NCBI RefSeq assembly: GCF_964204645.1
Contig: NC_134028.1
Span: 11,951,263 to 12,015,262, forward strand
Reading direction: 5' to 3'
Length of the DNA: 64,000 nucleotides
Origin: Tubulanus polymorphus
Lineage: Eukaryota > Animalia > Nemertea
The position numbers and the translations under genes were made by a program. Positions 23,315 to 34,519 of the stretch are shown here, in pieces. Position 1 is the first letter of the stretch. Each line of letters begins with the position of its first letter. The notes beneath the pieces are model-generated. The model was not told the DNA's origin, made no database searches, and was given only the letters and a program-made list of their open reading frames with translations.

Positions 23315-25190
23315 CATTTTTTCACATTAAATCATCAGAAATAATTAATAAATAAGGACCAATACAATAATTTAATCTTTTTAATGACATTTATCTAAAT
23401 AATTTTAATATCTTACTATATTTTCTGGAATCGATCTATTTTTATCATTATGAATAGAATCTTCAAATAAAACTTAAAATTGTTTCTGCGCATCGAATGA
23501 GGTATTATCATTTCCAACTATTGGTGATCTTGTTTCAACTTGTGATCCTAACATAATAATCAAATATATTCTTATAGATTGATTAATTCTTTGTATTCCA
23601 CGCTTGGAAAAACTTTCACTTTTTTCTAAATTAAAATTAATCCAACCATTATTATTATCAATTTTATAGTTATGATAAGTTCTAACTCTATGCATATAAT
23701 CAATTCTTTTTATTTCAAACTGTTCACCAACACCATGGAATTTACCATGTGCTCTAAAATCGGAATTAGTATTTATATTAAATTCATTACATATTTTGTA
23801 AAACTTAGATGATTTTTATTATCCAATTCTTTAAAATATTACGATCCAGATAAAGGACATTCTAATTCATTTAATAAAATTCTAATTTGAAAATACGTGT
23901 GAAATCTAGATATTGCCTGAATTGATTTTAAATCAGAATAATTCAAATTTTTATCTAAGTTATTAAGATGATTGTTCCAACTAATACCACATCCTGTTGC
24001 TACACAATAAACAGCAAAATTTAATTGATTCTGCCAATATTTCATATTAGATTTTATTTTATATATATTATATTCATCCCAGGTAAAAGTAACTTCATAT
24101 GTATTAAATATATTTTCCATTTTAGAAATAAATAAATTGCCAATGGGCAAAGTGTGGTTCACCTTGAAAGCTAGAGGTTGTTTGGGGTAAGGGCATTGCT
24201 TGAAAAATCTTTTTAATTCGTGACTTCAAAGTTCTACAAGTTTAAATATTACATATTATCTTTCTTAAAGGATTATTTTGTAGTCAAATAAGACCAAAGT
24301 TATACATTTGTTTATGGTCCACATCCAAAATTTCGTAGGGTATAGGTAGGCGCGACATGGAAACTATTTTATATTTTCAAAGAAACATATTTCATAATAT
24401 GAAAAAATATTCAAATAAAATTCATATGATGTCACATATCAGAGGGTGGCTGAATGTATGGCCGCGGAAGCTAAAATACTGGTGCAGTAAGAAATTGGCG
24501 TATGAGATCGTTTTATATCCTGGAATTTACCACTAAAATATTCAGACCTCGACCTATACCTATAGTTTGCTGCTTAGTATTTTCAGGTCACAAGAAATAA
24601 CAATTTATTACAAATTCTATCAAACAGAAAACAGCACTCATCTTCTGCTGGTGAAAAGTCAAACGCGCTAGCAAGCAGCGTTACAGTATCACTATAGTAG
24701 TGTATACTGCACGCGCGTGTGTTTGTGTTTGTGGAGGCCTTGTGTAAGTGAATGTTCGCTTATACTTCAATGCCAATCAAATCAATCTCCGGGTATTAAA
24801 ATAAAACAATACCTTTGGCGGATAATAATTACATTCTCACCAGCAATGAGCATTTGAAATTTGCACGTATACGGCACCTAGTCCAATGAAACGTTCGCCA
24901 TTCTATGGCTTTCCCATAATTATTTTAGTAGCGCCGGAATTCCCCGTATATCCCAAAACAGCCAATCACATTCGCTTGTAGCAAAAAAATTACTATCTTC
25001 AAAATATTTAGTTATCTTATTTATAATTATTTCAACATTTATTTCATTACTACTTTTATGATTTTAGATAATATATTTTTAATATCATCGATAATTCCAT
25101 CTTCATTTAATTCATAATATTCGAAAGATGTTTTAATTAAATCAATTACTTTTTCTAAATTATAATTTACTTCATTAATCATTGATGCAT
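23315..25190 (-). pseudogene. Conserved Polinton/PLV ORF of unknown function, interrupted by the 24130-24981 repeat
   Basis: NMKYWQNQLNFAVYCVATGCGIS, RFHTYFQIRILL, ICNEFNINTNSDFR, GIQRINQSIRIYLIIMLGSQVETRSPIVG, AQKQF. AT-rich like the neighbouring viral genes. Confidence 0.65.
24130..24981 (+). repeat. Dispersed ~0.85-kb repeat, copy 2, inserted into the PLV ORF
   Basis: Near-identical to 2475-3342. The viral-like reading frame resumes on the far side. Confidence 0.85.
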
Positions 25191-25331
25191 TATTTATTTA
25201 TTTACTTTTAATATCAGTTATTACATCATTTAGTTTAATTCTCATTTCTTTACCATGTTTAAAATCAAACCCAAAACATATACTTGGTCAAACTGTTATA
25301 TTCATATTTATTATTATAAAAAAGTTATTAA

Positions 25332-26084
25332 TTATTCTCTACATCTTACAACTAATTCATATATCACAGGAAAGTTATTCAAATCAATTAAAGATCCATT
25401 ATGATTTCTAATTTCTAACCTAATTATTAAATTGTGAAATACAAGGCTTAAAATCACACTCAGATAAATTATAATTTATTTGCGTTCCAAATTGTTTAAC
25501 ATTCTTTAATGGTAAAATATTTAATATACTAGAATTACATGTTATATGTTAAGTTGCCTCGAATGTTTTCGTTGGGTCAATTAAATTGCAATAAAAATAA
25601 ATTTGTGTGACAGGCATTATATTTGATCTACCTTCTACGTTTCCTGTAACTATATCTGGTTTAATTCCTAACAATTTAGCCATTGGTTTTTTATAATAAA
25701 AGAATGTTCATTTTCGTCATCTAACTTCATTTCTATTCTATTGTTGCTATAACTTTTCATAAATTAAAAATTTATCATCACTTCTAATTTTCACCCGTGC
25801 TCTTCTATTAATTTCTTGCCCTAATGCTTCTAAATTATATAATCCTGGTCTTAGATATAAAGTTACCCATTGGGTTTATTTCTAATAAAAATTAAAAAAG
25901 AATTATCTTCAATAGTTTTATTCGATATATTGTAAAATGAGTTACATAAACTAATATTTACTAATTTTAAATCAACGCAATTTTTAAATCCTCTATCCAA
26001 TTGTATTTGTAAATTATGTGATTTATAATTTGTAAGTTTTCTAGAATCAACATATATTCTATATTCTTTTAATTTATCTTGCAT
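25332..26084 (-). pseudogene. Polinton/PLV minor capsid (penton-like) protein, degraded
   Basis: YRIYVDSRK, SLCNSFYNISN, PGLYN, LLGIK, IYFYCNLID, and C-terminal LEIRNHNGSLIDLNNFPVIYELVVR, typical of single jelly-roll minor capsid proteins. About 250 codons. Confidence 0.7.
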
Positions 26085-26101
26085 TTAATTTACATATTTG
26101 T

Positions 26102-26447
26102 TTATTCGAAATCTATATCATGGGGCCCTTTTTCATTCTTACCTTTGTGTATGAAATAGAAATCACCTGAATATAATTCTTCAATGTCTTTCTTCACTTG
26201 ATAATCTATGAAATCTATGTGGTAAATATGTCTTGAATTTATATTTATTTCCTTTTTATCCTTCATATTCTAAGTGAATAACTAATTTATTACCATATCT
26301 ATTAGTAATTTTTTCAATAGTTCTAATTAAATATTTCTTATGTTATGTTAATTCTGTTAACTTTTTACATCTATAATCTACTGATTTGACATTTGTAGTA
26401 TCTTTAATTCTATTTAAGAATTCACTGTGTATTTGTTTACTCTCCAT
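26102..26447 (-). pseudogene. Small Polinton-type ORF (~115 aa) of unknown function
   Basis: MESKQIHSEFLNRI...KKLTEL..KKYLI...TNRYG..LVIHL...FKTYLPHRF. Contains stops and a frameshift. Confidence 0.5.
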
Positions 26448-26500
26448 TTATTATTATACATATGTTTTATTAAAATTGATTTTCATACATATGATATTCA

Positions 26501-26820
26501 AAGTCTTGTTTCAGATCAAAGGTTGAAAGGTTGAGTGAGTAAAAAAAATAAATAAATTCGAGCGTGTGAGAATTCATTTTTATTTTTCATGAGCTCGACC
26601 TTTCGACCTTTGATCTGAAACAAGACTTATTTAATTACTTATAGTTAATGGATGTATGATTATATCAGAAGCGGCAGGCATAAATAGAAATGATAAGTAA
26701 TTTGGATTTGTCGGTCAAATGACGGATGGATACACGATGCGGAAGTCTGATATAAATGTAAGACCCTGACATGGGAATGCTGGTGGAATGACGAAGCTAT
26801 CTACGATCTTTCCTTATTAA
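26501..26820. mobile_element. Palindrome-ended (possibly Crypton-like) repeat; the part after the palindrome recurs inverted at ~34090-34240
   Basis: 35-bp arms at 26501-26535 and 26594-26628. atgattatatcagaagcgg...gaagctatctac recurs as a reverse complement at 34090-34240. Confidence 0.5.
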
Positions 26821-26921
26821 ACGCGGTAAGATTTCTTTCTGTTTTAAAATATGCATTATTGTTTTGTACGTAGTAAGTAGTACATTGGGTTTTTGGTCAT
26901 TTGTAGTTGTCGGCCTACATA

Positions 26922-27511
26922 CTGTAAAAACCGGCGTATAAGTCGAGTTTTTAACCCTTGATTTTACCACTAAATTATTGACCTCGACTTATACGCCGAG
27001 TACAGTTTTCTACGAAGTATTTTCAGGTCGCGAGAAATATTGATTCTACCAGACAAAAAACACAGTGTTCATCTCCTTACTGCTATAACAGTTTGAATAA
27101 TTATTCATGATAAATAAAGTTATTCAATGAAAAAAACTTCTTTCATTTTGACACAGCTTCATTTAAAACGATGTATTCATATATGCGCGCTCATAGCAGC
27201 GCTTAATACATTAGGCTATATATAGCGTGTGACTCACACTACTGTATCACTGTATGGTAGTGTACTATACCTGAGTGTGTGTAACAGTCTATTGATTGAC
27301 ACACAGCAGCAATCAGGCTGACGCGTGGCGGCGTGCGTAAAGGCACACATCGTTATCAAAACAAACTATTCAATACAATGATACTAGTAATTATTCTTCT
27401 AAGAGAAGGGACTCGACTTAAAAGCCGGATATATGTTAAAATCATGAAATGTAGGTCTAAAAATCGACCTCGACTTATACGCCGCGTAGACTTATACGCC
27501 GGTTTTTACGG
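26922..27511. mobile_element. Tc1/mariner (Tc2-like) MITE
   Basis: TA|CTGTAAAAACCGGCGTATAAGTC ... GACTTATACGCCGGTTTTTACGG|TA, with a TA TSD. Confidence 0.8.
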
Positions 27512-29295
27512 TATTGCACAGACCACATTTACAATTTGCCTAATTACTTTATGAAAACTGAATGAAATATCCCGATATTCATAATACATATTAAAATGTA
27601 GATAACCCATTATTGACAATTTTCAACATTAAACCACTATTTACAATCAAAGACCTGTATTACCAGCCCAATCACCAAATCTCATAATTCCCCAAATTTC
27701 TTAAATTTTTGATTTCAAATTTGCAATCCCATATTAGCTTATCCAAGAATTTCAACATTTTTTTCATAGGTGTCAAATAATCTATTAACATTAATTTTCT
27801 TGTCTTTTGTACAGATTTATTGAATACGAGCAGATAAGTAAAAATTTAGAAGAGGACGTTCGTTTAAGAAATGCATGTAGACCCAGACACCTGCCACATT
27901 TCAATTTCAATAGCGGGTATACAAATGTCATCTTCAGTGTGTAATTCAAAAATTGTTCTTTGGGATTAAAAAATCGTAGAATCAACCATAAATTCTGCCA
28001 TAAGTTTTACATTTATTCAAAAAATTTAGTAGAAGGCCAGTCAAGGTTTAAACGTTTTAAATTAGTTCTCATGAGACTGAATGCAAGTGGAATTTGGGGT
28101 AGGACTACCCTTCAGTATTAGAATGTGCCCGCCAAAAAGTATTTTACAGATTTTGTAAGCAAAAATAGATCCAAATGGCATAAAATACCCCTTTCGGTCC
28201 TATAAATTTGGAGGGCTAAAAGAACCCCACCAATGTTGCCCTGGGCTAAGACAACCATTTTTTTAAAGTAGTCAGGAAGTATTTATGGCAAGAAAACTTG
28301 CGTGAAATATCTATTAAACAAATCTTATAACAGGATATGATCTGTAGTCAAATGTGTGCCTGCCAGATGATGTTTCTTCTCGGCTGTTTATATCCTTAAA
28401 ATAGAAAAAAAAACAACAACAATAAAAATTTCAATGCATGTCCCCTGGACAAAAATTATTTCAAAGTCTTATAAATAAAATACTTGAATGTGCAATATAA
28501 TGGGATAGCTGGCCCCAGTCAAAAAAAATCATCGGACAAAAGGCTTTTTCTTTTTTTGAAGTTTTGGCGCCAAAAAATCTAATTTGTTGTCAGGTTTGTT
28601 TACACATGTGCGCGATACACGTGGTTATATTACTGTTTACATCTGTCGTCATCGGCAAGCCCTGCCCCAGGTGTCAATCAAACGGTTTATAGGCATGGAA
28701 CCCTTCTAAAATAACTATGCAGTGTAACAATCCGGGATTTTCGGTACAAAATCCGATGCCAAATACCTTTCTCTAAAAGGTTATTTCGCGTATATCAGAT
28801 GAATATTAATTATGACATTCACTTCATAAATTTCAAAGTGGATTGCTTCTGATTAATGGGGCCCACACGTAGTCATGTAGGCCAAACTGACAGCATGTGT
28901 GCATGTTGAACGGACCATTGCGATAATTTTCAATGCTGTGAACGTCTCTAGATTCTCAGAGGGCCTCTGCGTGCTCACAAGGAATTTACTTAAGTACGTA
29001 TATTGACACTCACCTTTAGACTGCGTACGGTCCTCTAAAAATAACATCTGTGATACAACGATTTTAAGAATGGCGCTTCTGTCAATCACTTTACCCCACG
29101 TCATAAGCAACACTTGATGTGTGATGTCATGCAAACGGCATGAAGAGCATCTTTTTAAGAGGGTACAGCAAAAACTACCCAAGGTAGTCAGAGCACCTTT
29201 GCACTCTAAGACGCTTTTCCAAGACCCTACAATTGAATGATTCCACAACTTCCAGTGGAATATTTACAACAAAGCTTAAATACATTGTAACTTAC

Positions 29296-29397
29296 ACCAA
29301 AGTCTTTGACACCTCGAGATGATGTTTTGCCATAATTCCAAAGCTTAATCATTGACACAGAAACCGGTTGATCGAATATCACATATACACGATTAAT
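29296..29397 (-). CDS. KATNIP: KATNIP coding exon
   Basis: [34 protein letters not shown] (human [34 protein letters not shown]). Acceptor ttttcag, donor GTAAGT, 102 nt. Confidence 0.95.
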
Positions 29398-29807
29398 CTG
29401 AAAACACAAATACAACCAAAGTGACAAACGGAAGCAATTTTGTCAGTCTCTTTAATCAAATCTTGGAATGATATGGTAATTTCAGACTTCAAAATAATGT
29501 TTATCATTTCAATAGATCCAGATAGTTGACATGAAACAAAACTAGCAGAATAAGCTTTCGCTTTTGTGAACACAGTACGATACTTTACAAGGTCAAGTTC
29601 TTTACATTAAGGAGTAGATTAGATCAGGCCAGTTACTGAGGAAGAATCGCTTTGATTGTCACGTGTTAATTGTGTGGCTTCACAATAGGATATTTTTCAC
29701 AGTTAGCCAGATTTGATTTTGAAAGCTTAACACCAGTGATGTGGTTACCAACTTGGCCTTTTTGACAAATAAAGGGTCAGGGCTGTGATCAATAGATGAA
29801 ATTCCTA

Positions 29808-31993
29808 AGAATAAGCTTGCTGAATAGCTTGGGAGGCTTGCTGTGAAATGAACTAGGGGTCCAGAGAATCAACGCCGACTTAGGAAGTGGTTTGAAATGC
29901 TCAATAATCAGGCGATTTCAATATTCTGTAACCAATTACCTTGAAAATTCACAAAATCATAGAATGTTATGAGCTATAGTTTAACAATAATAATTTTGTT
30001 ATATAAAATTATTCCGCTACTCAACGCCCCCTGGTGGCCATATACAAAACCAATCACCTTGTAACTCATCTAAATTGTAAAACATGGCATGCACTACAAA
30101 TTTGCACTTGGTTGCAATTACAAAATAACCATCGGTACCAAAGACAAAGACAAATGGTATATGAATCAATATTTAACTCCCTCGGTGGCAAGGACAAACT
30201 AGGGGTCGAGGGACACCATGCCCACTTGGGAAGTGGTTTCAAATGCTCAACAATGTAACAATTTCAATATTCAACGCCCCCTGGTGACCATATACAAAAA
30301 CCAATGACCTTGAAACTCACCACAATCATATGTCATGAACTACAACTTTGCAATTGATCATGGTAACAAAATATGCCTAGGTACCAATCTAATAAGGAAA
30401 TACTAAGTTATTCTACTATTCAATGTCCCCTGGTGATCACATAGAATAACTTTATGTCCTTAACACTAACCACAATCATAGACGATGTCATGAGCTACAA
30501 CATTGCAATTGATTGTGATAACAAAATATGAATACCGTATTTTCCTGTGTATAAGTCGAGTTTTTGAGACCAAAAATCATGTCCAAAAAACGTAGATCGA
30601 CTTATACACCGGCTACACTTTCGATATCGTTTTAAACTGACGATGTTTAGAGTTCAAGGTCGCCATGATGAAATGGAATATTGATTTATGTTAGGCTACA
30701 CTCATATACCAATTAGAATTTAGGATGTTGATAAAAATAGTTTCTTATAGTTTGGAAATGTTTCAAAATTAACTAATGTTAAAAATCAAAAGAGAAAGAA
30801 AACCGCGTATATTCATTGTACAGTGTTTATATAAGCCGTGATGCTGTGGCAGCGTGCCAATAATCAATACACAGTCAGTCTAATAATAGACTACAGGCGC
30901 GCGGCATTCAACGTTTACACTATACATTCAGCACGTGGATACAAACAATGAGCACTAATCCCGTAATTTAATATTAGAAACAACAGATCCCAATGATTTA
31001 ATAATGCAATTAGTGGTAAATACTCTCAACTACTATGAGAATGACATCGGCACTGTTTTCAATGTGACATATGTAAACACATGAAGAAGCGACTCGACTT
31101 ATACACCGACTATAGCCCTAGCACAACTTTTTAAACATGAAAATTTGACCTCGACTTATACACCGGGTTGACTTGTACACCGGAAAATACGGTATGTACG
31201 AATATAATATAGAAATACTAAGTTACTAATGTATTATTCAACGCCCCATGGTGGCCATATACAAAACCAATGACCTTGAAACTCACCACAATCACAGAAC
31301 ACATTATGGGGAGCTACAACTTTCTAATTGATTGTGGTAACAAATTATGCTTAGTTATCAATATAATTTGGAAAAACTTTTTCCCACCTACGAATGAGTA
31401 CTGATGACACCAAGATGGCCGCCAATTGCGCCATAATTTGCTGATCAAAAATACCTCTCTCAGGTATGAAACATCCCTTTCCAAAGAACACCCATCACAA
31501 ATTGCAATGAGAAATGGCAAACCAGTAGGAAGCTACAGGACTCAGAATTCTGGCCAAAATTGACATTTTTGGGCACTAAAAAGGTCATAGGACAGCCATC
31601 TTGACTTTGATCAACCTAATTTTTCTTGTGCTGATGTGCCCTTGGGGGATTCAAATATACACGACAGATTAAGGTAATTGTTTAAAGCGTCTTCAAAATT
31701 TCCCTCAAAAAGTTCAAAAATGTGTAAAAAGTGCTGATTTAGGCAAACATCAATGGCTGCCTGTCAGCCATCTTGATTCTGACAGGGCCAGTCTTTGGGC
31801 TGAAGATGTCTCTAGGGTAGATACATGTGTAACCCAAATATCAAGACATTACATAGAAGCGTCTACAAAACTTCCTTAAATAACTGGATTCCGTCTACGG
31901 ACGGATGAACGGACGGACGAATGGACGGATGGATGACGGACGAAAAGTGAACGCAATAGCCGGGTGGGACTTAAGTCGCAAGTGGGCTAAAAA
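29808..31993 (+). mobile_element. Helentron/HINE-like element with internal tandem repeats, (GGAC)n and a 3' palindrome
   Basis: Recurrent ttcaacgccccctggtggccatatacaaaaccaat units, ggacggatg microsatellite, then gcc..gggacttaagtc..ggc and an A-run. Left boundary approximate. Confidence 0.6.
30535..31192. mobile_element. Tc1/mariner (Tc2-like) MITE nested in the HINE-like element
   Basis: TA|CCGTATTTTCCTGTGTATAAGTC ... GACTTGTACACCGGAAAATACGG|TA. Confidence 0.8.
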
Positions 31994-34519
31994 CTGGGCA
32001 TCCCCAATTCCATGTGAGGATGTGTATCAACACTTTGATATTTTTGTCCAATAACCTTTCTCCGTATATGAATGAGGAATGATGCCACTAAGATGGCCAC
32101 CGATTGTGTGAAATTGACTGATAGAAAAACCTGTCTCATATGTAATGTAGAACTCAAATTTTGATGTTATATGGCAAACAAAGTTGTGAAGGTAGAAGCC
32201 TAAGGATTCAGACCTAAAATGTCCGAAGAAGTCGAAAGACAACAATCTTGTTTCAGTGTGGTGGACTAGGCGTAACTGAGTCTGTATCCTTTGTTTAGTT
32301 TAGTCCGTATCCGTGTTTTAATGTGAACCTGTTAGACTGGAAGCGGTCTCTTATTCTCTTGAGGTAGAATAAAGCAGTCGTTGTTATATCTATGGTTCAT
32401 GTTTATTGGTGGAAATCGGCCCGCAAATGGAGACACCAATACGTACAGTCAATCCCGCATAAGTCATCATCAAATCAGTCGTATCATCACATCTTTCGTA
32501 TAATCATTTTGGTCCCGATTTTTTGGTTATGTCAACCGTCTGGCGATTGATAATCATTTGTATGCTTAATACACTATGCTCAAAGCAATTTTTAGCACCA
32601 TGAAACGCAATTTCAGTAGCCTGTAATTTCACTACTAAAGGGCGAATTGAACGGATTAAGCAAAAATATATTGAGAAATTTACCTAAAAGTTTCAAAAAT
32701 TCGATTTATTTGAGCACGTTTTTTATGCAGCATATCATTCAGCTCACTTCGATCTACAAATACTCTGTGCGTATTTTGAAGAATCAACGTTACAAAAGCA
32801 CCGTCGGGCCGTAAACAACGAAAATTGAGCCCCATTCAAAGAGCCGACATGTTTTTCTAAGTCGTCTTTCCGAAATCTACCGCACGTTTCTTGTCACGTC
32901 GATTATCAATTCAAGCATAATTTAACAAATTTATTACCCAAAGATTGCACATTCAGCTGCGGTCTTTATAAACTAATTTTAACAATAGCCCATTTTCCTC
33001 ATCAAATCATATTACCGAAATTTACTACTTTAGATTTTAAAAGCTTTGTCGAGCCGTAAACATCAACGAATCGGTTTACTACTCTGACTGGATTGTGCCA
33101 CGGCGTGGTGGATAGCGAAGAGAAAGGCCTCATGGTTCTTCTTATCTTTACCACCGTACATAAACCTGGCCCTGATGCAGGATTTCTCCCCTTGTGTGTG
33201 ATAGTTGATAGTACATGGTATAGTGGCCTATGTTTTGATTGGAAGGATATTACAAAATAGTATTGTAGTTTAATTAATAGGCCTAATTTAAAAACGCATT
33301 GGAGATTTTACCGTATACGGCAGAGTGTTTTTACTGTGTACATCGTCGCTGATTGGCTGATTCACGCTGCACATGCGCAAAGAGGTGCGCAACTTAGAAA
33401 ATTCAAGGAAAGTGTGGAGAACAGAGTAAGAGAAAATAGAGCGGATAGAGCAAGACCCAAATCCGGGCCAGTATCTTACTAGCGCAGTGTCATACCACTA
33501 AAGTCTATTTATTTTCGATTGTTCTCGATCTTTTTGGGATATTTCCTTTCATTTTGGGTGTGCATATCTCAAATAGGGTTTTAATAGTGTGCAGTCCAGA
33601 TAAATAAATTATCTATGAAGTAAACAAACACGAACAAAATGGCGGTCGTTCTCGTCAATTTAGAGCTCGATTTTCGAGAATATTCATCGATCCTTCAAAA
33701 CAGTGTAAAATGGATATAAAAAAATGACTTATCTGCACAACTCTACTGATTCAATTAAGACCTATTTGAGGGATGCACTACGAAAATTAAGTGAAATAAC
33801 CCAAACAGATCTAGGACAATGGAAAATAAATTGACTTTATGGATCTAACATTTACCGAATTTCAATGTAATAAGGATAAAGAATTGAATTATCACCTAAT
33901 ACACATGCCATCAGAGGACGCAGAGCCGTATATAACAGCTATACTATTTTAAATTGCTAATCTCATGACGCCTGCATACCCCTTATATCGAACATATTTT
34001 CTAAAACATTTGATTATTGAAATTATATGTTTACACATTTTATATTGACCGCTTGTAGCCGCTGATGAAATTCACGCCGGCCCTACACAGATTGTAGATA
34101 ACTTCGCCATTCCACCAGTATACCCATGTCATGGTCTGACTTTTATATCAGACTTCTGCATCGTGTATACATCCGCCATTTAACCGAATAATCCGATTTA
34201 CGCCGTCCGCTTCTGATATAATCATATATCCTTTACTATTACAATACGTCTTCTTGTGATATTCAGTGCAATATAACATTTCGACGTTCAAATAGAGGTC
34301 ATTATATAATCACAGGAAGCTTCTACATCTTTGTCAATAATTTTGCCAAATAGCTTGTATGTGTACACATAGACAAGACCTGTGACGTTTTGCACATCGA
34401 TTTACGGTTGTCGTTTGTAAAATGACGCTGAAATGGTTAACATTGTTTAGGTTTCCTAATGGTAACGTTTTATAAGGCGTCAAAAAAGCTGAGCTCGTAC
34501 TAGAGAAGATACAAGAAAA

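Noticed and set aside
28853-29248. 131-aa minus-strand ORF next to a KATNIP exon
   Set aside because: No recognisable motif. It lies in the intron past the GTAAGT donor, and the KATNIP protein is already continuous without it.
32249-32445. Possible solo LTR (TG start, AATAAA)
   Set aside because: No clear CA end, TSD, PBS or second copy in the window.
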